The translations under genes were made by a program, and so were the position numbers. DNA of 64,000 nucleotides, taken from the NCBI GenBank assembly GCA_018692915.1, contig JABHLG010000006.1, positions 5,627-69,626 of the forward strand. Reading direction: 5' to 3'. This DNA is from Candidatus Woesearchaeota archaeon. Lineage in GTDB: Archaea > Nanobdellota > Nanobdellia > UBA10117 > JABICX01. The notes beneath the pieces were generated by a model, which saw only the letters and a program-made list of their open reading frames with translations, searched no databases and was not told where the DNA came from. Below are positions 17,853 to 25,407 of the stretch, piece by piece; position 1 is the first letter of the stretch, and the number at the start of each line of letters is the position of its first letter.

Positions 17853-18910
17853 AGCATTTTCTTTAATAATTTTTTAGCATTAAATAGTTCTAAATCTTTG
17901 TATTCTTGCCCTGTTCCGATGAAAAGAATTGGTTTTCCAGTTTCATAGCCCGCAGAGATTATTGCTCCACCACGCTCATCTGCATCAGTTTTTGCTACAA
18001 TTGTTCCATCAATGTTAATCATCTGAGAAAAGTATCTTGCTTGCTCAACTGCATCGTTTCCAGTTAAAGCATCTACAACTAATATTGTGAAATCAGGATG
18101 AATTACTCTTTTGATTTTCTTAAGTTCGTTCATTAAATCTTCAGAAGCGTGCTGTCTTCCAGCAGTGTCAATCATTACAATATCCAAATTTTTTGCTTTT
18201 GCATGCTCCATTGCATCATAAGCAACAGCTGCAGGGTCTGCACCATATTTGTGCTTAACCATTTTGATTTTTAGATTGTCTGCATGATGTTGTAGCTGCT
18301 CAATTGCAGCAGCCCTGAATGTATCGCCCGCTGCAAATACAACAGATTTTTTATGGTCTTGGAAATATTTTCCCAATTTAGCTAAATTAGTTGTTTTTCC
18401 AACACCATTTACACCTACAAAAAGAATTGTTAATGGCTTCTTGTTCTTTGATTCTGCTAACAAATCAATTTGTTTGGGTTTTGTAAGAACTTCTGTTAAA
18501 ATTTCCTTAAGTTTTTCAGAAATAATTTCTGCACTTGGTTTTTGTTTGTTTTCTAAAAGCTCTCTTTTAACTTCTTCAAGAATTCTTTCAGTAATATCAT
18601 AAGCAATATTATTCTGAATTAATGCATCCCCAAAATCTTCAAGAGCAGATTCTATTTTATCTTCTGAGCGCTTTGCAAAGAAACCTTTTTTCTCTTCTGA
18701 AGGGCCTGTGCCCCCTTCGACCTCCCCCGACTTCTGCGAAGTCTCCTCCAAAGGTTTATCTTCTCGGTGAAATCTTGCTGCTATTCTTTCCTTGAGGCTC
18801 TTTTTTTCTTCCTCAACAGGTTTTTCTTCTTTAATTTCTTCCTTAGGTTCCTCTACTTCTTCAACATCTTTCTTAAATTTTGAAAACGCTTCTTTTAATC
18901 GACCGAACAT
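17849..18910 (-). CDS. ftsY: SRP receptor FtsY
   Basis: K/E-rich A domain, N domain and G domain (GVNGVGKTT, DTAGR, AKTDAD). Confidence 0.95.
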   Translation of the reverse strand: MFGRLKEAFSKFKKDVEEVEEPKEEIKEEKPVEEEKKSLKERIAARFHREDKPLEETSQKSGEVEGGTGPSEEKKGFFAKRSEDKIESALEDFGDALIQNNIAYDITERILEEVKRELLENKQKPSAEIISEKLKEILTEVLTKPKQIDLLAESKNKKPLTILFVGVNGVGKTTNLAKLGKYFQDHKKSVVFAAGDTFRAAAIEQLQHHADNLKIKMVKHKYGADPAAVAYDAMEHAKAKNLDIVMIDTAGRQHASEDLMNELKKIKRVIHPDFTILVVDALTGNDAVEQARYFSQMINIDGTIVAKTDADERGGAIISAGYETGKPILFIGTGQEYKDLELFNAKKLLKKML

Positions 18911-18927
18911 AAGACTTAGATAGAATT

Positions 18928-18948
18928 GAGGTTTTTAAGTTCTTTGAT
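18928..18948 (-). promoter_or_regulatory. Promoter block shared by ftsY and srp54
   Basis: gaggtttttaagttctttgat begins 18 nt upstream of the ftsY ATG (see 14330..14350). Confidence 0.55.
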
Positions 18949-18962
18949 ATAAGACAATATGA

Positions 18963-19391
18963 TTACATACCAAGACTTTTTTGCATTTCAGCTTGGATGA
19001 TTTGAGCTTGCATGTTAAGCATTTGCATATTTTGTTGCAGCTGAACTTCTGCTTTTTCAAGCTCTGCGCTTTGGGTGTTTAGAAGTGCTTGAACTTCTCT
19101 TAGTGATTTTTTAACATATGTGTTTGCACCAACATTTATCATAAATTCTTTTGTGTTAGTTAGTTTTGTTTCTGCAAATATACCTGCGCCAACATTAGAG
19201 AATGAATTTGAATTTGCCTTTGAGTCATTTATTTTTTCAAGGTCTTCTGATAGTTTTAAGAATTCTACTCTTTTTTGTTCAATTAATCTTAATTCTTTAT
19301 CAATTTCAGAAATCTGTGCATCTATTTGTTGTAACTGCATATACATCTGTTGAAGTTCTTGCTCATTCTGTGGTTTTGGTTGTTTTGTCAT
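18963..19391 (-). CDS. pfdA: Prefoldin alpha subunit
   Basis: 142 aa with two long coiled-coil arms flanking a beta-hairpin core. Has the conserved archaeal neighbourhood (LX, aIF6). Confidence 0.8.
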   Translation of the reverse strand: MTKQPKPQNEQELQQMYMQLQQIDAQISEIDKELRLIEQKRVEFLKLSEDLEKINDSKANSNSFSNVGAGIFAETKLTNTKEFMINVGANTYVKKSLREVQALLNTQSAELEKAEVQLQQNMQMLNMQAQIIQAEMQKSLGM

Positions 19392-19650
19392 TACTCTTTG
19401 GAGCCTGTAAAACAGTGCTCTGTCCTACTGCAGATTTATCTTCTGCAGTCTCGTTAACGGTAACTGTTCCCGATGTATCTGAAACCGCTAGAAGGTTTAT
19501 AAACCTTCTGGGTAGCTTGTGTTTTGAGCCAAATCTAGCAAAAAGAAGTTCTTTAGCGTGATTTTCATCATTTGCAGCAATGTCTTTTGAGAATTTGTTC
19601 CATCTTGAACCAAGTCTTAGTTCTCCTGTAAGATTGAAAGTCTTTTTCAT
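19363..19650 (-). CDS. rplX: Ribosomal protein LX (L18Ae/L20A) with a C-terminal tail
   Basis: MKKTFNLTGELRLGSRWNKFSKDIAANDENHAKELLFARFGSKHKLPRRFI matches the LX pattern. Overlaps pfdA by 29 nt. Confidence 0.75.
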   Translation of the reverse strand: MKKTFNLTGELRLGSRWNKFSKDIAANDENHAKELLFARFGSKHKLPRRFINLLAVSDTSGTVTVNETAEDKSAVGQSTVLQAPKSNDKTTKTTE

Positions 19651-19713
19651 GGAGAGGATTTAGACTTTGCTTAAATAAGGTTTGTGTAATTACTTTATAG
19701 AAATACTTTAAAA

Positions 19714-20379
19714 TCAAATAAGTCGAAGAGATTCATCAATTCGCATAATCTCATGACCGGAAGTTAATTTTCCTATAATAAAACCCTTTGAGTTAGCCAT
19801 TAATCCTGTGCTGACAAAGTTGTTTCCAAGGTTGCTTGTTCCTAATCCTACTTCCTTGCCTAATTCTTTCTCGATTTTCTTAACTTCGTCATCTGAAGCA
19901 AGCGGATTAAATATTGCACCTTTGTTTGTTAGAACTCCGCAAGAGCCAGGTAGACTTGTTTCAGCAATATCTATTTGAACAACTTTTACGCCAAGTGCGT
20001 CTTTGATTTGTTTAACTTCTTCTTTTGTGTATTCTTTGCTAACAAAAGCAATTTCATCATTACATAGAATAGTATTGTTTAATGCAGTTTTTTCTGTTTT
20101 GAATGTGACAAATTTAATTGGTAATTTTTTTAGTGCTTCCATTTCAGATTCAAATATAATATCTGGAATTAAAACACACTTTGAATTACCTACAGCGAAA
20201 ATACCTACCAAATCTGTGCCATAAAGTTTGGCTTGGTAAACTGGAACTTTAAGCGTGTCTTCAATTTTCTTAAGATATTTCTTTGGAACAGTTGTTCCTA
20301 ATAGACAGAACTTGTCAGTAGCTATCCCATATAATCCAATATTTGGGTCCCCATTTACATCAAATTTTATCGCTTTCAT
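19714..20379 (-). CDS. eif6: Translation initiation factor 6 (aIF6)
   Basis: 221 aa. Pentein repeats and an N-terminus FDVNGDPNIGLYGIATDKF typical of IF6. Confidence 0.9.
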   Translation of the reverse strand: MKAIKFDVNGDPNIGLYGIATDKFCLLGTTVPKKYLKKIEDTLKVPVYQAKLYGTDLVGIFAVGNSKCVLIPDIIFESEMEALKKLPIKFVTFKTEKTALNNTILCNDEIAFVSKEYTKEEVKQIKDALGVKVVQIDIAETSLPGSCGVLTNKGAIFNPLASDDEVKKIEKELGKEVGLGTSNLGNNFVSTGLMANSKGFIIGKLTSGHEIMRIDESLRLI

Positions 20380-20428
20380 GATACTATATTCTTTAGAAGT
20401 GGTTTTTAAGGGTTGCTAATCTGAGAAA

Positions 20429-21031
20429 TTACTTATGCATATTTGCTTCTTGGCCTTTTGTTGGTTTAGCTTGTTTCTTCGCTTCTTCTTTTTGTTTATC
20501 TTCTGCTGTGTGTAATTCAGCTGCTAAATCTTTAGCTGACTTTTTCTTTTCAGCGGGAGCTTCTTTTTTCTTAGCAGTTAGTTTTTCTTTAAGGCTCTTT
20601 GCAAGCTCTTTTGGGTCTTTACCTGTAATCTGTGGCATTGCTTCTGCTTTTGGCTTTGCATCTAATTTGAGTTTTTTATCTCTTTCTTCTTTCTTTTTAG
20701 TTAATCTTTCAACTCTCTTTGGAAGTGTTGCTAATTCAGCAACGGCAAATGGAACATCAATATCTTTCTTTGTTTTCTTATCTTGAACTTTTCGGTTTTC
20801 AATCTTAACTTCAATCTCAACCTTTGCAGGAGGGTTTTTTCCACCATGTTTCCAAATTGCTTCGTTTAACCAATTAGAAATCTTTACGTTTTCTGTTTTT
20901 GTGTGTTTTTCTAAATATGAATGTAATGCATCAACTGCTCTCTTTGACCGTCTCCATCTAGGAACTTTTAGCCATTCTCTTCTAAGTGGAACAGTAAATT
21001 TTCTTTTTTCACCAACTTTTATTCTTACCAT
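20429..21031 (-). CDS. rpl31e: Ribosomal protein L31e with a K/E/A-rich C-terminal tail of about 110 aa
   Basis: MVRIKVGEKRKFTVPLRREWLKVPRWRRSKRAV core. ATG at 21031 is preferred over the TTG at 21070. Confidence 0.85.
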   Translation of the reverse strand: MVRIKVGEKRKFTVPLRREWLKVPRWRRSKRAVDALHSYLEKHTKTENVKISNWLNEAIWKHGGKNPPAKVEIEVKIENRKVQDKKTKKDIDVPFAVAELATLPKRVERLTKKKEERDKKLKLDAKPKAEAMPQITGKDPKELAKSLKEKLTAKKKEAPAEKKKSAKDLAAELHTAEDKQKEEAKKQAKPTKGQEANMHK

Positions 21032-21042
21032 TTTTGTTAAAA

Positions 21043-21216
21043 TTATGCTCTTACGCGATTTCGTCTCCAATTACGTTTTTTTCTTGTTAATCTAGAAGGA
21101 TGAACTTTTCTACCTACGCCAAAAACCTTAGGGATTAACCAGAATGGTGCCCACTTAGTTTGTTTTTGTGCTTTTATCAGTCTTATCTTCTTTCCCGATG
21201 TTTTCCTTGATGACAT
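21043..21216 (-). CDS. rpl39e: Ribosomal protein L39e
   Basis: Not in the ORF track (57 aa). Translation is MSSRKTSGKKIRLIKAQKQTKWAPFWLIPKVFGVGRKVHPSRLTRKKRNWRRNRVRA, with the KRNWRR signature. Its first 62 nt overlap the rps19e tail in another frame. Confidence 0.8.
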   Translation of the reverse strand: MSSRKTSGKKIRLIKAQKQTKWAPFWLIPKVFGVGRKVHPSRLTRKKRNWRRNRVRA

Positions 21217-21742
21217 TTTTGTTTTCCTCTTCTTTTACTGGTTCTTTAATTTCTTCTACCTTTTTTTCTTCTTTTGGTTTTTCAACCTTTGTTTCTTTTT
21301 TAGCAGGTTTAGTTTTATTTGCACCTGCGATTTGATTAGAAATATTATCTAAGAATGCTTGACCTTGTGGAGTAATTATTCTACCTTTTGAACCTTTTTT
21401 CGCTTGCTGAACAAGACCTATTTTTTCAAGTTGCTGTAACATTGTTCGAATTATTTTTCCACCAGCTTTTTGAAATCGATGAGGCTTTAATCCTCGATTT
21501 CTTCGTCCACCATATTTAGTTCTAAGTTTTGAAACACCTACAGGTCCGTCTTTGTATATAGTTCTTAAAAGTGCAGCAGCTCTAATTTGCCACCAATCTT
21601 CTTGTGCAGGTGGTCTTTCTACATGTGCTCCAGATTTAACAAATTCAGCCCATTCAGGCTTTGACATGTCTGGATTTTTAGAAAATTCTTTAGCTGCAGA
21701 TTCTATAACTTTGATTGCTTCTACATCATGTATTGATGCCAT
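21155..21742 (-). CDS. rps19e: Ribosomal protein S19e with a K/E-rich C-terminal tail
   Basis: MASIHDVEA...WWQIRAAALLRTIY...GGRRNRG core, plus a tail of about 45 aa. Confidence 0.9.
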   Translation of the reverse strand: MASIHDVEAIKVIESAAKEFSKNPDMSKPEWAEFVKSGAHVERPPAQEDWWQIRAAALLRTIYKDGPVGVSKLRTKYGGRRNRGLKPHRFQKAGGKIIRTMLQQLEKIGLVQQAKKGSKGRIITPQGQAFLDNISNQIAGANKTKPAKKETKVEKPKEEKKVEEIKEPVKEEENKNVIKENIGKEDKTDKSTKTN

Positions 21743-21764
21743 TCAGAAAGTCGTTTTTAGGTAT

Positions 21765-22145
21765 TTAAAAGGATTGCGCTAAGAAGTAAGCTGCGAGAAA
21801 TACGCCAATATGGATTATGAAGAACATAACCTGATGTTTAGGTTTTTTATTGACGCTATATAAGCTAGAAAATAAAATAGATATTATAAATAATAATATT
21901 ATATTAATTTCGTAGCTAAATTGTAGAATACTTGGAGCAAAAATTGATGCACTAAGAATTGCAGAAAATATTAGCATTTGATTGAAAGATATTTTAAATT
22001 TATTTGCCCAAGGATTAATTTCTTCTTTAGTCCAGTTGTATAATGGAATTCCAATTAGCCATCCACTTCCTGCGAATATTCCTGCTAAAATTTCATTAAG
22101 CATAACGCCTTTAAACCCAATTACATATAAAGATTTATGGCACAA
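21765..22145 (-). CDS. Hypothetical membrane protein
   Basis: 126-aa ORF with 3-4 hydrophobic helices. Confidence 0.35.
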   Translation of the reverse strand: MCHKSLYVIGFKGVMLNEILAGIFAGSGWLIGIPLYNWTKEEINPWANKFKISFNQMLIFSAILSASIFAPSILQFSYEINIILLFIISILFSSLYSVNKKPKHQVMFFIIHIGVFLAAYFLAQSF

Positions 22146-22194
22146 ATCAAAGAGTTGCTAATTCTAATTACTACGCAAAAGGAGAGCAATTAGA

Positions 22195-22758
22195 ATGGAA
22201 CTAAACGTCAAAGAATCTGTTTATGAGCCAATGGAAGATTCAAAGCTAATGCAAAAAGCGGTGCAGCTGCGAGCTAAAGGAAAAAGTATTCTTGATGTAG
22301 GAACTGGCTCTGGAATTCAAGCAATATCTGCTTCTCTAGCAGGAGCAAAAGAAGTTTGGGCTTGCGATATTAATCCAGAAGCAGTTAAATGTGCAAAAGC
22401 AAATGCTACGTCTAACAAAGTAGAAGTTAATGTTATTCAGTCTAATTTGTTTGAGAATGTTCCAAAGAAAAAGTTCGATTTGATTGTTTTTAATCCACCT
22501 TATTTGCCAAGTGATGGCAAGCACGATGATATTAGATGGTCGGGTGGATATGAAGGAATTGAAGTAATTTTAGATTTCTTTGAGCAAGTAAAGCCTTTTT
22601 TAGCAGAGAAAGGAGAAATTTTATTTATATTTAGTTCTCATGCAAAGCAAGATAAAATGAAGAAAGTGCTTAAGCAAGTCGGTTTTAATTTGAATGTGAT
22701 TGGAAAAAAGAGAATTTTCTTTGAAGAGATTTATTTAGGATTAGCAATTCTTGTTTAG
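22195..22758 (+). CDS. HemK/PrmC-Mtq2-like N5-glutamine (NPPY) methyltransferase
   Basis: ILDVGTGSGIQA (motif I) and IVFNPPYLPS (motif IV). Confidence 0.8.
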   Translation: MELNVKESVYEPMEDSKLMQKAVQLRAKGKSILDVGTGSGIQAISASLAGAKEVWACDINPEAVKCAKANATSNKVEVNVIQSNLFENVPKKKFDLIVFNPPYLPSDGKHDDIRWSGGYEGIEVILDFFEQVKPFLAEKGEILFIFSSHAKQDKMKKVLKQVGFNLNVIGKKRIFFEEIYLGLAILV

Positions 22759-22799
22759 TCCAAACCATTATATTTTATGAGTGTTTTGTAAATATGTAT

Positions 22800-23150
22800 A
22801 ACTTTGGATTTAGCCAAAGGTGGGCAAATTGAGTGGGCTATTTGGTTATGAAGTCGCATCCGCGATAGACCATTAGCTGTGAGTTGAGGGCAACTGTTGG
22901 TTACTCAAAAGCACTCTGCGAGGAACAATAGGCTATAAAGCCTCGTGAGTAGCTTCCCTGTGATTAGCATCTCTTAACTTTCGGAAAGGCTTTGAAACAT
23001 AAAGTTTGAGTTACTGAAAGGGTATGGGGACTTTATGTGAGGAGAATTTCCCATTCGAGCCTATAAGTAATCCCTTTCTTGTAAGAAAGGTTTTACAATC
23101 CTAAAGAACATTTTGTAAAAGAGGTCTTTTAACCCCAGAAAACATTTAGC
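22800..23150. ncRNA. Candidate structured RNA (RNase P RNA / SRP RNA size class; identity unresolved)
   Basis: About 430 bp without an ORF between two genes, visibly more G+C than the flanks. Clear stems: tcgc-atcc-gcga (22854..22865), aggct-ataa-agcct (22930..22943), cataaagt...actttatg (22998..23005 / 23030..23037), cctttctt-gt-aagaaagg (23073..23090). GAGGAA (22920) and CAGAAAAC (23136) are only loosely RNase P CR-I/CR-V-like. Confidence 0.4.
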
Positions 23151-23197
23151 AGAGAAACTATTTTTAGGAAAACATATTATTATTGCGAAAGTTAGAA

Positions 23198-23767
23198 TTA
23201 TTTCTTTTTAGATTTGGCTTTGATTGTGATTTGTTCTTTCATAACTGTGGAATTTGGTATGATTATTTTATTTCCATTATCTAAAAGAGTTGTTTCAGTT
23301 AGTGAAATTTCAGAGACTTTTCCAGAAACATCACCTATTTTGATTTGGTCACCTTTTTTTAGCTTGTTTATAGAAATCAAATGTATTCCAGAAATTACAT
23401 TTGGGACAAAGTCTTTTAGGCTAAGGAAAAGTGTTAAAATTACAACAATTAGAATTCCTACAAAAATTATGTTTAGAATAACTGGAGTAATACCTAGATA
23501 ATTTAGCGCAACTATGAAAGTTCCCAAGTAACCGAGATACTTGACCACATTTTCAGCCATCGTCTCTGGATTAAATCGAATTCCAGCTTTCTTGAACTGT
23601 TTTTTTAGTTCAATTGATTGAATAATATGCTTAGCAGCTTTTCCCATTCCTTTTGATAGGAAAAAACCAATTACACCAATTAAAATTGCTCCAAATAATT
23701 TGATTAAAATTCCCCAAAGAGGAAGTAATATTCCATTGTTTTGGCTGAACACCAATGACCAGTCCAT
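23198..23767 (-). CDS. Small-conductance mechanosensitive channel (MscS family)
   Basis: Three TM helices followed by KKGDQIKIGDVSGKVSEISLTETTLLDNGNKIIIPNS, the MscS beta-domain signature. Confidence 0.75.
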   Translation of the reverse strand: MDWSLVFSQNNGILLPLWGILIKLFGAILIGVIGFFLSKGMGKAAKHIIQSIELKKQFKKAGIRFNPETMAENVVKYLGYLGTFIVALNYLGITPVILNIIFVGILIVVILTLFLSLKDFVPNVISGIHLISINKLKKGDQIKIGDVSGKVSEISLTETTLLDNGNKIIIPNSTVMKEQITIKAKSKKK

Positions 23768-23796
23768 TTCAGAGGTCGAAAAGTTAATATTTAAGC

Positions 23797-24123
23797 TTAT
23801 TGTTTTAGCATTTGTCCATTTCTTATTTTAGTCGGAGCCAAATCTTCATAAGGTAGTTCAAAAGTAATTTCTGGAAAATCTCTACTGATTTCTTCGATAA
23901 TATCTGAGTCAATCCGTCTTTCTTTCCATTTAAATCCGAGGAATGATTTTTGTTTTTTAAGAGCTTCATCATTAATCTTTGCTTCAAAAGTTAATGTATT
24001 ATTTTCATATTTGTATTCTTTTTCCCAGCATTGACCTAAAGGAGAGCGTTCAATAGCCTTACGAATAGCTTTAGCTTGTTTGTCGTTTTTTACTTTTATG
24101 ACTATATTGGTGTGGACACTCAT
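23797..24123 (-). CDS. Hypothetical protein
   Basis: 108-aa ORF, no motif recognised. Confidence 0.35.
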   Translation of the reverse strand: MSVHTNIVIKVKNDKQAKAIRKAIERSPLGQCWEKEYKYENNTLTFEAKINDEALKKQKSFLGFKWKERRIDSDIIEEISRDFPEITFELPYEDLAPTKIRNGQMLKQ

Positions 24124-24170
24124 TTTAGGGTATTTAATAATGCTTTTTAAGTCTTATCTATATGTATTGA

Positions 24171-25055
24171 ATGCCAATAAATGCAGATTATAAATATATA
24201 GCTGCTGAGATTGAGTTTCAAAAAGCTGAAACAGGTGCTCAGAAGATGAAGGCACTTAGGAACATGCTTTCTACTGCTCCAACACACAAAGGTGCAGAAA
24301 GATTACGTGCAGATATTAAAAGAAGAATTGCTCAGCTTAAAGATGAGATTGTCAAGACAAAAAAACAAGGAAAGGGACGCAGTTTCGCTATTAAACGAGA
24401 AGGTGCTGCACAAATAGTTTTTATTGGTCTGCCAAATTCAGGCAAATCAACACTTCTTTCAAAGCTTTCAAGTAAGAAAATCAAAGTTGCAGATTATGAA
24501 TTTACAACAACTAAACCTGAAGTTGCTTCTATCAAGTTTGAAAATATTTGGCTACAAGCTATTGAAGTTCCGGCGGTTCATGAAGGTTATGCAGAACATA
24601 AGCAAGGAAGACAGTTTTTAGCTATAGTTCGTAGTGCAGATTTTGTTGTAGTTGTTGTTAAGGAATTTAGAGATATTGCTAAAATTCAAGCAGAGTTAAA
24701 GAAAGCAAATATTTTGTTGCGTAAAACAAAAGAAATGATTCGCTTTGAACAACATATGCCACACATGGTTATTACTTGGAAAGATTTCAATAAAAAAAAT
24801 TTAGTTAGGGAATTATGGAAAGCACAACATAAAATTAGAGTTCAGACAAGAGCAGGACATAAAATTGCTCCAAAGCCAATTGTTTTGCAAGAGGGAGCAA
24901 CTGTTGAAACTGTTGCAAAAACAATCCATAAAGATATGATTCGTAAGTTTAGATTTGCAAAGGTTCGCGGTCCATCAGCTGCTTTCAAAGACCAGCAAGT
25001 TGGTTTAGAGCACGTTCTCAAAGACACAGATATAGTTGAAGTTTTTATGAAGTAG
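24171..25055 (+). CDS. DRG/Obg-family GTPase with a C-terminal TGS domain
   Basis: G1 motif is GLPNSGKSTLLS, with TTTKPEV in the G2 region. The C-terminal TGS-like block is GATVETVAKTIHKDM...VRG.... Confidence 0.85.
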   Translation: MPINADYKYIAAEIEFQKAETGAQKMKALRNMLSTAPTHKGAERLRADIKRRIAQLKDEIVKTKKQGKGRSFAIKREGAAQIVFIGLPNSGKSTLLSKLSSKKIKVADYEFTTTKPEVASIKFENIWLQAIEVPAVHEGYAEHKQGRQFLAIVRSADFVVVVVKEFRDIAKIQAELKKANILLRKTKEMIRFEQHMPHMVITWKDFNKKNLVRELWKAQHKIRVQTRAGHKIAPKPIVLQEGATVETVAKTIHKDMIRKFRFAKVRGPSAAFKDQQVGLEHVLKDTDIVEVFMK

Positions 25056-25079
25056 AATATCTTTTAAGTTTTACTGTGT

Positions 25080-25373
25080 ATGAGTAATATGGCAATGACT
25101 CTAAGAGAAGTATATGTTATTACTTTAGCTAATAGAAGTTACGATAATATTTCATGTAAAATTAAAGAACAGGAAATTGATACTTTTTCTGGTATAGAGA
25201 GTAAATTAGAGCAAGATCTTAAAACACTTATTAGTAAAAAAACACATAATTATTTTGGTAAGGACAAACAGTTGTTTGTTACTACTATTTTAGCTAATCT
25301 TAAAGCAGATAATTTTGATACTCTTTGTATGAAGATGTCTATGTCATATGGTTTTCAAGAAGTAATGAAATAG
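25080..25373 (+). CDS. Hypothetical protein
   Basis: 97-aa ORF, no motif recognised. Confidence 0.3.
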   Translation: MSNMAMTLREVYVITLANRSYDNISCKIKEQEIDTFSGIESKLEQDLKTLISKKTHNYFGKDKQLFVTTILANLKADNFDTLCMKMSMSYGFQEVMK

Positions 25374-25407
25374 CAACTTATTTATTCTTTTAATTATTTA
25401 ATGTTAA

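Noticed and set aside
22800-23150. Firm assignment of the structured interval as RNase P RNA.
   Set aside because: Only loose GAGGAA and CAGAAAAC similarities were found. I could not form the P4 pairing by eye. It is kept as an unclassified ncRNA candidate.
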